A DNA stretch of 32,000 nucleotides from Alphaproteobacteria bacterium (GCA_017475605.1 JAFVFD010000002.1:90001-122000); one strand, 5' to 3'; shown: positions 17,592 to 25,637, numbered from the stretch's first letter. Notes: generated from the letters alone by a model not told the origin. Numbers and translations: made by a program.

Positions 17592-18191
17592 TTATCTGTG
17601 ATGCTGACGGTTTTTATAAAGCCATGGGTTCGGATTAAAGAAATTGAAGTGTCGTGGCCGATATCTCTTTTGCCCGTCTTGGTACGGACAGCACAGATTC
17701 AAATTTACACTGATGTTAAAGTTGTAATTCACACTATAAAGGATTTTATCGGCTTTCTTGTTATTACAAATTTTGTGTGCCGGTTGCATATTATCCAGTG
17801 TGCTTTGTCCGCCCAATGATTTAGGAAATTGGTGGTCCCAGGTAAACATATGTTTGGTCTGGGCATTGTCTTTCAATATTTGAGAATTAATTTGTATCGG
17901 TTGACCACACAATTTACAACATGGGTAAACTTCATAGTCCCCCATAAGCGCGAATATTTGTTTTACTTGTTTAGTAGACAATTTTTCATCTACATTATTG
18001 GCCTTGATTAGTTCATTTACTAATCGTTTAACAGTCTTTTTTATGTCTATATAAAGAAACAACGCACAGTCGTTTTTTGACTGTGCGTTGTTAGTTAGTA
18101 TCCCCAGCAGTTCTTTAAGATGTAACTTGTCCATTTTGTTAATCAGTTTAGATAGGTTGTGTAATGTTTGCCGAATTTCTAATTTCGTCAT
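17592..18191 (-). CDS. HNH endonuclease domain protein (HNH-1, 199 aa)
   Basis: The ATG at 18191 is preceded by a GGGGGAGA RBS. The HNH core (17754-17921) reads YPCCKLCGQPI...FTWDHQFPKSLGGQSTLDNMQPAHKICNNKKAD, giving CxxC, DH, N and H..CN..K. The N-terminal ~90 aa are helical and unassigned, and the C-terminal tail is basic/aromatic. Confidence 0.8.
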   Translation of the reverse strand: MTKLEIRQTLHNLSKLINKMDKLHLKELLGILTNNAQSKNDCALFLYIDIKKTVKRLVNELIKANNVDEKLSTKQVKQIFALMGDYEVYPCCKLCGQPIQINSQILKDNAQTKHMFTWDHQFPKSLGGQSTLDNMQPAHKICNNKKADKILYSVNYNFNISVNLNLCCPYQDGQKRYRPRHFNFFNPNPWLYKNRQHHR

Positions 18192-18238
18192 TATGAATTT
18201 CTCCCCCAAGTTAAATTGACAACAACTTCACAAAACCA

Positions 18239-18268
18239 ATTAGAGCAAAAAACACGTATCTGTGTCAA
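18239..18268 (-). promoter_or_regulatory. Candidate sigma70 promoter upstream of HNH-1
   Basis: The minus strand reads TTGACA (18268-18263), an 18-nt spacer, then TCTAAT (18244-18239). This is pattern match only. Confidence 0.35.
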
Positions 18269-18285
18269 TAGTGTTTTATATTGAA

Positions 18286-18846
18286 TCAGTATTGTTTATC
18301 CAGTTTGGTTATTATGTTTCGCGCATAATCAGACATATTTTGATTCATAAACTGTAAATATTGGTTGGCATTACCCGCGGCAACGGTTTTTGCGCGTTGT
18401 GTTGCGAAAAAACGCGAATTATACCCCAATTCCCATGCAAGTCTTGTGCGGTCTGCGTCCCACAGACATGCCGATACATAATCGGGCGCGACTAAATTAA
18501 ACGAATGGTTTTTGATTGCATACGCGATTGAATCACGGCTTTTTATATCAATATTGCCTATTTCGTCCATAACGCGCAAAGCCATTGGAACCGCGTTTGC
18601 GCCATGTTGTGTATCATCGCCATCGGTTACACGCGCCATATCATGAAATGCACATGCCAAAACAACATTTTTTGGTGATTTACCAAGGTTTAATGCGTAA
18701 TCAATTCCACGAAACACCACCGCAGCGGTATGCGTATAAAGCCCATGATAACCATATTTTTGTTGAATTGCGTTTTGTGAAACAATTGGCATTATATCCA
18801 TTAAATACCAATCAAATGTTGATGAAATTAAATTACTCTCTGCCAT
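18286..18846 (-). CDS. HD-domain metal-dependent phosphohydrolase family protein (186 aa)
   Basis: The start is at MAESNL (ATG 18846), 12 nt downstream of the tRNA-Gly 3' end. The H...HD...D pattern appears as LYTHTAAVVFRG....LACAFHDMARVTDGDDTQHGANA and LWDADRTRLAW. The first 24 aa of the track ORF (MVARQLPKLKTRVRFPSPAPRLKT) are the translated tRNA and are excluded. Confidence 0.75.
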   Translation of the reverse strand: MAESNLISSTFDWYLMDIMPIVSQNAIQQKYGYHGLYTHTAAVVFRGIDYALNLGKSPKNVVLACAFHDMARVTDGDDTQHGANAVPMALRVMDEIGNIDIKSRDSIAYAIKNHSFNLVAPDYVSACLWDADRTRLAWELGYNSRFFATQRAKTVAAGNANQYLQFMNQNMSDYARNIITKLDKQY

Positions 18847-18858
18847 CGTCTTCAATCT

Positions 18859-18932
18859 TGGTGCGGGCGAAGGGAATCGAACCCTCGTCTTCAGCTTGGG
18901 AAGCTGACGTGCTACCATTATACCACGCCCGC
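18859..18932 (-). tRNA. tRNA-Gly (anticodon CCC), CCA-encoded
   Basis: The minus strand reads GCGGGCGTGGTATAATGGTAGCACGTCAGCTTCCCAAGCTGAAGACGAGGGTTCGATTCCCTTCGCCCGCACCA. The 7-bp acceptor stem is GCGGGCG/CGCCCGC. The anticodon stem is TCAGC/GCTGA with loop TTCCCAA. The T arm is GAGGG-TTCGATT-CCCTT. It is 74 nt long and closely resembles the E. coli tRNA-Gly(CCC) sequence as I recall it. Confidence 0.93.
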
Positions 18933-18943
18933 AAAACCTTACG

Positions 18944-18972
18944 ATTCTATATCAGACCGCAATAAATGTCCA
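18944..18972 (-). promoter_or_regulatory. Candidate sigma70 promoter for tRNA-Gly
   Basis: The minus strand reads TGGACA (18972-18967), a 17-nt spacer, then TAGAAT (18949-18944). The tRNA 5' end is 11 nt downstream of the -10 element. The promoter lies in the 51-nt gap between the HNH-2 stop codon and the tRNA. Confidence 0.5.
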
Positions 18973-18983
18973 GTACAAAGATT

Positions 18984-19493
18984 TTATCTTGCCTTGCCCT
19001 GACGAACAATGGAATAGCGACACCCATGAAATTCATCAATGCGTTTACATTTGCGGTTCAAATCATCAACGTCGTGCCCATTGACACTTTCGTCGCGCAA
19101 CGGTCTTTTGTACGCGCGTCGTTTCTTTTGATTCTTTTTGGGCAACAATTGTGTTTCTGAATCCGGTTGATTTGGCATTGTACAACCTTTTTCAAAATTA
19201 CATTTCCCATGCATTGGTTGCAGATTTTTGATGTCGTCTGTGCCGCCCTTGGAACGCGGAATGGTATGATCGATAGTTAATTCATCCACGGTATAAATAG
19301 GTTTTTTACAAAATGGACATTCTGGATAAGCACCGGCCGATATCGCGATACTAAAGACTTTTCTTAATGTTTGAACGCCATAATATTCGACTTTTTTTAG
19401 ATATGTCAGTTGTTCGTATTGCGATTTACTCAACACACACTGACAATTGCGTTGTAAAAATCTGATAATATGCTTTACTCCTTTGTCATCCAT
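18984..19493 (-). CDS. HNH endonuclease domain protein (HNH-2, 169 aa)
   Basis: A GGGAGA RBS lies 8 nt upstream of the ATG at 19493. The HNH core (19188-19319) reads YPECPFCKKPI...LTIDHTIPRSKGGTDDIKNLQPMHGKCNFEKG. The C-terminal tail is basic (KKNQKKRRAYKRPLR). The core aligns with HNH-1 as YP.C..C..PI...DH..P.S.GG....N.QP.H..CN..K. Confidence 0.8.
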   Translation of the reverse strand: MDDKGVKHIIRFLQRNCQCVLSKSQYEQLTYLKKVEYYGVQTLRKVFSIAISAGAYPECPFCKKPIYTVDELTIDHTIPRSKGGTDDIKNLQPMHGKCNFEKGCTMPNQPDSETQLLPKKNQKKRRAYKRPLRDESVNGHDVDDLNRKCKRIDEFHGCRYSIVRQGKAR

Positions 19494-19516
19494 ATTATTA
19501 TCTCCCGTTTTTATAC

Positions 19517-20359
19517 CTAGTGTTGTTTCTCTTTGTTTTTTAATTGTTGTATTACTTCGCCTATGGGGCGGTTGTGTATTGCCGACCCGCGAACGTTATT
19601 AAGGCGCAAAACATCATTACTGTCAATCATAACACAATCGCCATAAACATCTGCTTTGCCGGTTAATTCAAACATCCCCAGTTTGTTGGCGCGCGCACGT
19701 CCCGTATTTGCCACGCTTTGTTTAAAGTTATAATACAGTGGGTACAAAGATTGTCCGTCGGTTAACAAAATAGAATCATCTTGTCTTGTGCGCGAATACG
19801 GACGAATACCATGGGTTAATAATGCGCTGTATAAATCATAAACCGCATGTGTTGAGTTTTTATGAATACCCTGGATTGTCAAAGCAAGACAAAAACCCAA
19901 TTCTGAATCGCGAACAACATCATTAATGATATTTGCAACTGCGCCTAAATTATTATGGAAACGGTCAACCGAAATATCCATCGCGATTAATTTGCCGGTA
20001 TTATACGCAACAGATTCTATATCATAAAAAATCTTGTCCTTTAATGCCTTGTCGTTGCCCCATATGCCGTTGGTTTTTAATATCGGCAACATATTTGCAT
20101 CAATGGCCATTTTAAGACATTCTGGAATATATTTTTGTTCGCCATGGTAATAGGGGGCCATCACTTCGCCACCAGTAAACACAAGCGAATCATATTTTTC
20201 AATCGGCAACGCATTAAATTCATCCAGATACTTTTTCATCTTGTCTAAACTCATCAATCGTGGCGACTGGCTTGGTCCAGAATTTTCACAACAATGCCGA
20301 CATTGTAGATTACACCAATTAGTGATTTTAAACGCAAGATTTGTTTTCGTACCGGACAT
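19517..20359 (-). CDS. Radical SAM enzyme (280 aa, single-cluster type, no SPASM/twitch motif seen)
   Basis: The motif CNLQCRHC (CX3CX2C, nt 20291-20314) lies at aa 16-23 after FKITNW. VFTGGEV is the GGE SAM-binding motif, with later KTNG and DISVD strands. There are only 7 Cys in total and no second Cys cluster. The start is 5 nt after the LysM gene stop, with no obvious SD. Confidence 0.85.
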   Translation of the reverse strand: MSGTKTNLAFKITNWCNLQCRHCCENSGPSQSPRLMSLDKMKKYLDEFNALPIEKYDSLVFTGGEVMAPYYHGEQKYIPECLKMAIDANMLPILKTNGIWGNDKALKDKIFYDIESVAYNTGKLIAMDISVDRFHNNLGAVANIINDVVRDSELGFCLALTIQGIHKNSTHAVYDLYSALLTHGIRPYSRTRQDDSILLTDGQSLYPLYYNFKQSVANTGRARANKLGMFELTGKADVYGDCVMIDSNDVLRLNNVRGSAIHNRPIGEVIQQLKNKEKQH

Positions 20360-20364
20360 TTGTG

Positions 20365-21504
20365 TTATTTACTGTTTACAGGAATCTGTAATTTCTGTTT
20401 CGGGAAAATTAAATCTGGATTTTCGATATTGTTTTTATCGGCGATAATGCTGAACAATATACCGCGACGCATAAAGTTTCGCGCAATAATCCACAAACAA
20501 TCGCCACGACGCACCGTATAAAATGTATCTTCGTCCCCGGTCATTTCAGGCATTGTAAATGTGTGATCTATGGACGAAACGGTTGTGCCATCGCCGTCGT
20601 GCAGGCGAACAGATAATTTATATTCTTTGCCACTTTCTAGTTTACCAATATCCGCACCCAAACCAAAATGGCGATAATCTGAAACATGTGCATAACCCAT
20701 ATATGTATCGTTTAACCATAACGATACACGCAAACGTGGCATCGCATCACCAGTTACAACGATGCGCCCATTGTCCAGGTAATCTATTTTTGACACATTT
20801 AAATCGCCTTCGCGTAATGTGGTTGGGGCCTGTAATAATGTGCTGCCTTTTTTAGTCATTAACAGTGATATGCTGTTTTCGTGTCCATGTTCAGAAATAT
20901 ATAAAAAAACTTTGTCTGATGATTTTGTGGATGTGTCCACGCCAATCAAAGACAAAGTATAATTACCGGCGGGTAATGGTTTCGTTGGGGCATACACAAA
21001 TTCACCATCGCCGTTTGTTTGTTCTGTCGCAACAACCTTGCCATTTATTGCGATGGATATTTTTTGGTTTGGTGCCCATCGTCCCGCGACAACTATATTT
21101 CCATCAGGCTGAATCCGCACGACATCAAATGATGGCGCATCCTTTTCGGACATAACCCGCGTAACCGAATCTGGCACAACCGGAACAATCACTATGCGTT
21201 GTGGTGTGCTGGTGCGTAGAAACATTACCCATATTGCAATCAAAAGGACGATTATTGCGCACAGAATAGGGAACCAAAACGCACGTAATATGCCATGCGA
21301 TTTTTTTTCTTGTTTCTTTTGTGCAACAACCGTTTTTGTTTCTTGCTTTTTTTCGGATGGGCGCGCAAATATATTAAGTGTTTTCAAAAATCGGCGCGCG
21401 TATGAACGGCGGTTTTCCAACCAATCGTTTTGTTGGGCAATTGCGTTATCAATCATGTCGTCTGTGGAACGTTTTGTTTTACCCATTGTGTTTTTGTTTG
21501 ACAT
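20365..21504 (-). CDS. LysM peptidoglycan-binding domain protein with an N-terminal membrane anchor
   Basis: The ATG at 21504 is preceded by AGGAG and is preferred over 21534. The TM helix is ILRAFWFPILCAIIVLLIAIWVMFL. Beta-rich repeats follow. The C-terminal LysM reads YTVRRGDCLWIIARNFMRRGILFSIIADKNNIENPDLIFPKQKLQIP. Confidence 0.85.
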   Translation of the reverse strand: MSNKNTMGKTKRSTDDMIDNAIAQQNDWLENRRSYARRFLKTLNIFARPSEKKQETKTVVAQKKQEKKSHGILRAFWFPILCAIIVLLIAIWVMFLRTSTPQRIVIVPVVPDSVTRVMSEKDAPSFDVVRIQPDGNIVVAGRWAPNQKISIAINGKVVATEQTNGDGEFVYAPTKPLPAGNYTLSLIGVDTSTKSSDKVFLYISEHGHENSISLLMTKKGSTLLQAPTTLREGDLNVSKIDYLDNGRIVVTGDAMPRLRVSLWLNDTYMGYAHVSDYRHFGLGADIGKLESGKEYKLSVRLHDGDGTTVSSIDHTFTMPEMTGDEDTFYTVRRGDCLWIIARNFMRRGILFSIIADKNNIENPDLIFPKQKLQIPVNSK

Positions 21505-21602
21505 AAAAAACTCCTGATACTGAACATTGGACAAAATACTACAAAAAGTTGTTCTTTGTCAATATATTTTATGATATAATATGGCGGAAAAGTGGGGAAA
21601 AT

Positions 21603-22682
21603 ATGAAAAAAATAGGGATTATGACAACGGGCGGCGATTGCAGCGGCCTTAACACCGCAATTCAGCGGGTAATGCGTGGCGCGCACCTGCGCGGATGGCG
21701 CGTATTTGGTATTTTGGATGGGACGGACGGGCTTTGTACCACACCACCAAATGTCGTTGAATTAACTGACAATTTATTACCGATTGAAAACGCACGTTTG
21801 TCGGGCAGTTTCCTGCACAATGGACAGCCCGGGGCATTAAACTTTGAAACCGCCGCAGCCGAGGGGTCATTGGACGATTTTAACAAGAAATTATACCGTT
21901 CTATTCGCGAATTGAAATTGGACGCGGTAATTTTGATTGGTGGCAATGGCTCGCTGTCGTTGGCATGGGCGCATCGTGAAATATATCGTGATGTTCAGTT
22001 AATATGTATTCCGAAAACAATAGATATGGATATTCCGCTTACCGACCGGACGATTGGCTTTGATACGGCGGTGGAACAATTAACACAATTCTGTGATCAG
22101 TTAATGCTTACCGCGCGCAGCCACCATCGCTGGTTCGTTGTTCAATCAATGGGGCGCGATTGTGGGCAATTGGCACTTAATGCCGGTGTTGCGGCGGGCG
22201 CAACCGCGATTTTGATTCCGGAAATAAAGTTTAATGTTAATGCGTTGATAAATCATATCATGAACGCGCCAACAGATTATGGCATTATCGTTGTATCCGA
22301 AGGAATATCCCTGCGGGGCCATTCGGGACGACCGGCGGATATGATTTCGCGCCAGCTGACCGCGGCGGGAATAACAAACCGTACCGCATTCCCGGAACAT
22401 ACCCAGCGCGCCGGCGACACAACCGCATCGGACAGATTACTGGCAACGGCCATGGCGGATGCCGCATTAAACGCGATTGATAACAATGAAACCTATGTTA
22501 TGACCGCACTACAAAACGGAACCGTTAAAACAATAGGGTTGGCGGACTTTGTTGCGGCCGGTGAATCGGTTGTGGACCCGAATATATCAGACCTGTGTAC
22601 ATCAAATGCGTATGTTGCGCCGGACGATCCGTTGCTGGACATCGCGCATGATATGGGAATCTATATTGGTGAAATAAAATAA
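21603..22682 (+). CDS. pfk: 6-phosphofructokinase family protein
   Basis: The start is MKKIGIMTTGGDCSGLNTAI. Other motifs are LIGGNGSLS, IPKTIDMDI, GFDTA, VQSMGRDCGQLAL and VVSEG. The ATG at 21603 has a GGGGA RBS. The usual GGDGS/GGDDS motif is GGNGS here. Confidence 0.88.
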   Translation: MKKIGIMTTGGDCSGLNTAIQRVMRGAHLRGWRVFGILDGTDGLCTTPPNVVELTDNLLPIENARLSGSFLHNGQPGALNFETAAAEGSLDDFNKKLYRSIRELKLDAVILIGGNGSLSLAWAHREIYRDVQLICIPKTIDMDIPLTDRTIGFDTAVEQLTQFCDQLMLTARSHHRWFVVQSMGRDCGQLALNAGVAAGATAILIPEIKFNVNALINHIMNAPTDYGIIVVSEGISLRGHSGRPADMISRQLTAAGITNRTAFPEHTQRAGDTTASDRLLATAMADAALNAIDNNETYVMTALQNGTVKTIGLADFVAAGESVVDPNISDLCTSNAYVAPDDPLLDIAHDMGIYIGEIK

Positions 22683-22685
22683 AAA

Positions 22686-22710
22686 CCGCCCAAACGGGCG
22701 GTTTTGTTTT
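22686..22710. terminator. Bidirectional hairpin terminator between convergent pfk and dnaK
   Basis: CCGCCC (22686-22691) pairs with GGGCGG (22696-22701). The hairpin is flanked by AAAAA upstream and TTTTGTTTT downstream. Confidence 0.7.
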
Positions 22711-22722
22711 GGTTTGTTACGA

Positions 22723-24621
22723 TTATTTCTTTTCAGAAAAATCAGCATCGGTTGCGCCATTGTCGGACTTGTTTCCCGATGCGCCGGATTGTGCGGCATT
22801 TTGCGCTTCCTGTTGTGCTTTATAAACCGCTTCGCCCAATTTCATGGCTTTTTCGGTTAGGCTATCCGTCTTTTCTTTCAAAGATTCCGCGGTTGCGTCC
22901 GATTTTGCCAATTCATCAGACAACGCCTTCTTGGCATCTTCGATTGCCTTTCTGTCCGCTTCGCTAATTTTATCGCCATGTTCCTTTAACGATTTTTCAA
23001 TGCTGAATACGGCGGCTTCGGCGTTATTGCGCGCTTCGGCTAATTCGCGTTTCTTTTTATCGGCATCTGCGTTCGCAGCGGCTTCGTCAACCATACGTTT
23101 GATTTCATCTTCGGACAAACCACCGTCTGATTTAATAGAAATCGCCTGTTCTTTGCCGGTGCCTTTATCCTTGGCCGACACATGAACAATACCGTTCGCG
23201 TCGATATCAAACGATACTTCGATTTGTGGCATACCACGCGGAGCAGGGGCGATTCCCTCTAAATTAAACTGACCCAGCAATTTATTGTCCGCCGCCATAT
23301 CACGTTCACCCTGGAATACGCGAATTGTAACGGCCGATTGGTTGTCTTCGGCGGTACTAAATATCTGCGATTTCTTGGTTGGGATTGTTGTGTTACGATC
23401 AATTAAACGCGTGAACACACCACCCAATGTTTCAATACCCAACGACAATGGTGTAACATCCAACAACAGAACGTCTTTGACATCGCCCTTTAAAACACCA
23501 CCCTGAATCGCGGCACCCATACCGACAACTTCGTCCGGGTTTACACCCTTGTGCGGTTCGCGGCCAAAGAATTCTTTAACAGTTTCAACAACCTTTGGCA
23601 TACGGGTTTGACCACCGACCAAGATAACTTCACTTATTTGTGATTTATCAATGCCTGCATCCGCCAGTGCCTTGCGGCAAGGTTCGATTGTCTTTTGAAT
23701 CAAATCATCAACCAACGATTCCAATTTAGCACGTGTCAATGTTGTATTAAAGTGCTTTGGACCCGTTGCGTCCGCCGTCAAATAAGGCAGGTTGATATCC
23801 GTTGATGTCTTGGACGACAATTCGATTTTTGCTTTTTCGGCGGCTTCTTTCAAACGTTGTAAGGCCAACTTGTCGCCAGACAAATCAATACCACTTTGTG
23901 CGCGGAATTCTTCGATTAAGTGTTTCAAAATACGCGCATCAAAATCGGAACCACCCAACGCGGTATCGCCATTAGTAGATTTTACTTCAAATACACCATC
24001 AACAATTTCCAAAATGGAAACATCAAATGTACCACCACCCAAGTCATATACGGCGATAATACCGTCTTTGTTTTTATCCAAACCATAGGCCAATGCCGCC
24101 GCGGTTGGTTCATTAACAATACGCAATACATTTAACCCCGCAATACGACCTGCGTCCTTGGTTGCCTGACGTTGAGAATCATTGAAATACGCAGGAACGG
24201 TAATAACCGCATCTGTAATTGTTTCGCCTAAATAATTTTCAGCATCTTTCTTTAACTTTGCCAAAATCATAGCAGATATTTGCGATGGGGCGTACTTTTT
24301 ACCTTCTATTTCAACCCATGCATCGCCATTGTCGCCGGCGACAATTTTATATGGTACACGCGCCGCAATTTCACGAACAGCCGGGCTGTCAAAGCGCAGA
24401 CCCATCAAACGTTTGATTTCATAAATAGTGTTTGTCGGGTTTGTAACGGCCTGGTTTTTCGCAGTAATGCCGACCAATTGTTCGCCGTTTGATGTAATAG
24501 CAACAACGGACGGTGTTGTGCGTTGACCTTCGCTGTTTTCGATAATTTTAGGGTCATTCCCATCCATGAAAGCCATGGCGGAATTGGTTGTTCCCAAATC
24601 AATACCTAATACTTTTGACAT
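22723..24621 (-). CDS. dnaK: Molecular chaperone DnaK (Hsp70)
   Basis: Motifs are [65 protein letters not shown] and [15 protein letters not shown]. The ORF is a full-length 632 aa. Confidence 0.98.
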   Translation of the reverse strand: MSKVLGIDLGTTNSAMAFMDGNDPKIIENSEGQRTTPSVVAITSNGEQLVGITAKNQAVTNPTNTIYEIKRLMGLRFDSPAVREIAARVPYKIVAGDNGDAWVEIEGKKYAPSQISAMILAKLKKDAENYLGETITDAVITVPAYFNDSQRQATKDAGRIAGLNVLRIVNEPTAAALAYGLDKNKDGIIAVYDLGGGTFDVSILEIVDGVFEVKSTNGDTALGGSDFDARILKHLIEEFRAQSGIDLSGDKLALQRLKEAAEKAKIELSSKTSTDINLPYLTADATGPKHFNTTLTRAKLESLVDDLIQKTIEPCRKALADAGIDKSQISEVILVGGQTRMPKVVETVKEFFGREPHKGVNPDEVVGMGAAIQGGVLKGDVKDVLLLDVTPLSLGIETLGGVFTRLIDRNTTIPTKKSQIFSTAEDNQSAVTIRVFQGERDMAADNKLLGQFNLEGIAPAPRGMPQIEVSFDIDANGIVHVSAKDKGTGKEQAISIKSDGGLSEDEIKRMVDEAAANADADKKKRELAEARNNAEAAVFSIEKSLKEHGDKISEADRKAIEDAKKALSDELAKSDATAESLKEKTDSLTEKAMKLGEAVYKAQQEAQNAAQSGASGNKSDNGATDADFSEKK

Positions 24622-24654
24622 ATTTTATACTCCTTACGAATTTTGCTTACCAGG

Positions 24655-24683
24655 TATATAGTTATGCAAATACCAATTTCAAG
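24655..24683 (-). promoter_or_regulatory. Candidate RpoH (sigma32)-type heat-shock promoter of dnaK
   Basis: The minus strand reads CTTGAAA (24683-24677), a 15-nt spacer, then CTATATA (24661-24655). This equals CTTG-N18-CTATAT, close to the alphaproteobacterial RpoH consensus as I recall it (CTTG-N17-CYTATNT). A TAAGGAG RBS follows. Confidence 0.45.
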
Positions 24684-24740
24684 TCCATAGGTAAAAAATA
24701 ATATATTAAAATAAGCCAATAGAAATGTGTACAACCACAT

Positions 24741-25637
24741 CTATTTTTGTAACGCCGTATGCACAGCCGGCAAAAAACGCAAAATAGCGTCATCATATAC
24801 TTCATTTTTATCATGCAAGATGAAATTATCCCGGTCAAACATTACAAGTGCTTTTGCCTTGCCTTCCCAGGCATCACCACGTGTTTTGCGCCGTTCATAT
24901 TCTTCCCATGATTTACAATAATAGTGATTTATTTGCGCAATTTTACGTGGTACATGATATGTCCAAAACGCAACGTTATGTTCGTGGCACCCCATTGAAA
25001 AAACCATACGAGGATTTACTATTGATTTATAAAGCCATGATTTTCGTGCACGCATAGTATAGTTTTCGATAACCAAACCCTGGGGCTTTTTCTTGTGCCC
25101 ACAAGAGCCAAATATTTCCCAATCAATTACGACCTGGCTTGCCCGTTTAGGCACATGATCTAATAATTCTGGTACGGTTTCATATTCCTTGGGGACAATA
25201 AATTCGTCCAAATCAATAAACGCAATCCATTTCGCATCATTTTTAAAGCGCGCAATACAGTCATTGTATGCGGGCAATTGGCGTTTTTCGCCGGGGAAAA
25301 ACGTATATTCAACCAAGCCCGACTTTATGTATGGTGCAAGAATCTTTTTTGTATCATCGGTGCTGTCGTTGTCATATAAATAAAATTTCCCTATACCGAC
25401 AGTACGATGGTATTCAATCCATTCCCGAAGATACGGACCTTCGTCCTTCATGATAGCACATATTGCCAGTTTATTGGGAAATACTTGATTGGTGTTGTCA
25501 TATCGTGATTTAAGTGATTTACAATCGCGCCACCACTTTGATATACCGTATGCCAGAATACGATTAAAATGGTGCGCATACACTTTGTCTGGAACGACCG
25601 TTGAAATAATGTGTTTTACTAATCTTCTGATTGACAT
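24741..25637 (-). CDS. Glycosyltransferase (GT-A fold, Glyco_tranf_2_4 / GT92-like motif)
   Basis: ICAIMKDEGPYLREWIEYHRTVGIGKFYLYDNDSTDDT...AFIDLDEFIVP matches the K-x-E..YL.EW..YH...G...F.iYDN.S.D..//D.DEF pattern. The ATG at 25637 (AAGGA 6 nt upstream) is chosen because upstream ORF codons overlap the rplY terminator. Confidence 0.65.
   Translation of the reverse strand: MSIRRLVKHIISTVVPDKVYAHHFNRILAYGISKWWRDCKSLKSRYDNTNQVFPNKLAICAIMKDEGPYLREWIEYHRTVGIGKFYLYDNDSTDDTKKILAPYIKSGLVEYTFFPGEKRQLPAYNDCIARFKNDAKWIAFIDLDEFIVPKEYETVPELLDHVPKRASQVVIDWEIFGSCGHKKKPQGLVIENYTMRARKSWLYKSIVNPRMVFSMGCHEHNVAFWTYHVPRKIAQINHYYCKSWEEYERRKTRGDAWEGKAKALVMFDRDNFILHDKNEVYDDAILRFLPAVHTALQK

Noticed and set aside
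18847-18918. The N-terminal 24 aa (MVARQLPKLKTRVRFPSPAPRLKT) of track ORF 18286..18918.
   Set aside because: This stretch is the translation of tRNA-Gly read through on the same strand. The real CDS starts at the ATG at 18846.
17400-19000. A classical tRNA-targeted genomic island, with an integrase and a direct repeat of the tRNA 3' end.
   Set aside because: No integrase or recombinase ORF is present. By eye I found no partial copy of the tRNA-Gly 3' end (GGTTCGATTCCCTTCGCCCGCACCA) toward the rpsP side. That scan was not exhaustive.
22686-22701. The 16-mer CCGCCCAAACGGGCGG, shared with 25705-25720 and considered as a dispersed REP/MITE-like element.
   Set aside because: Both copies sit exactly at gene ends with flanking A/T runs and behave as ordinary intrinsic terminators. 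The similarity does not extend much beyond the hairpin.
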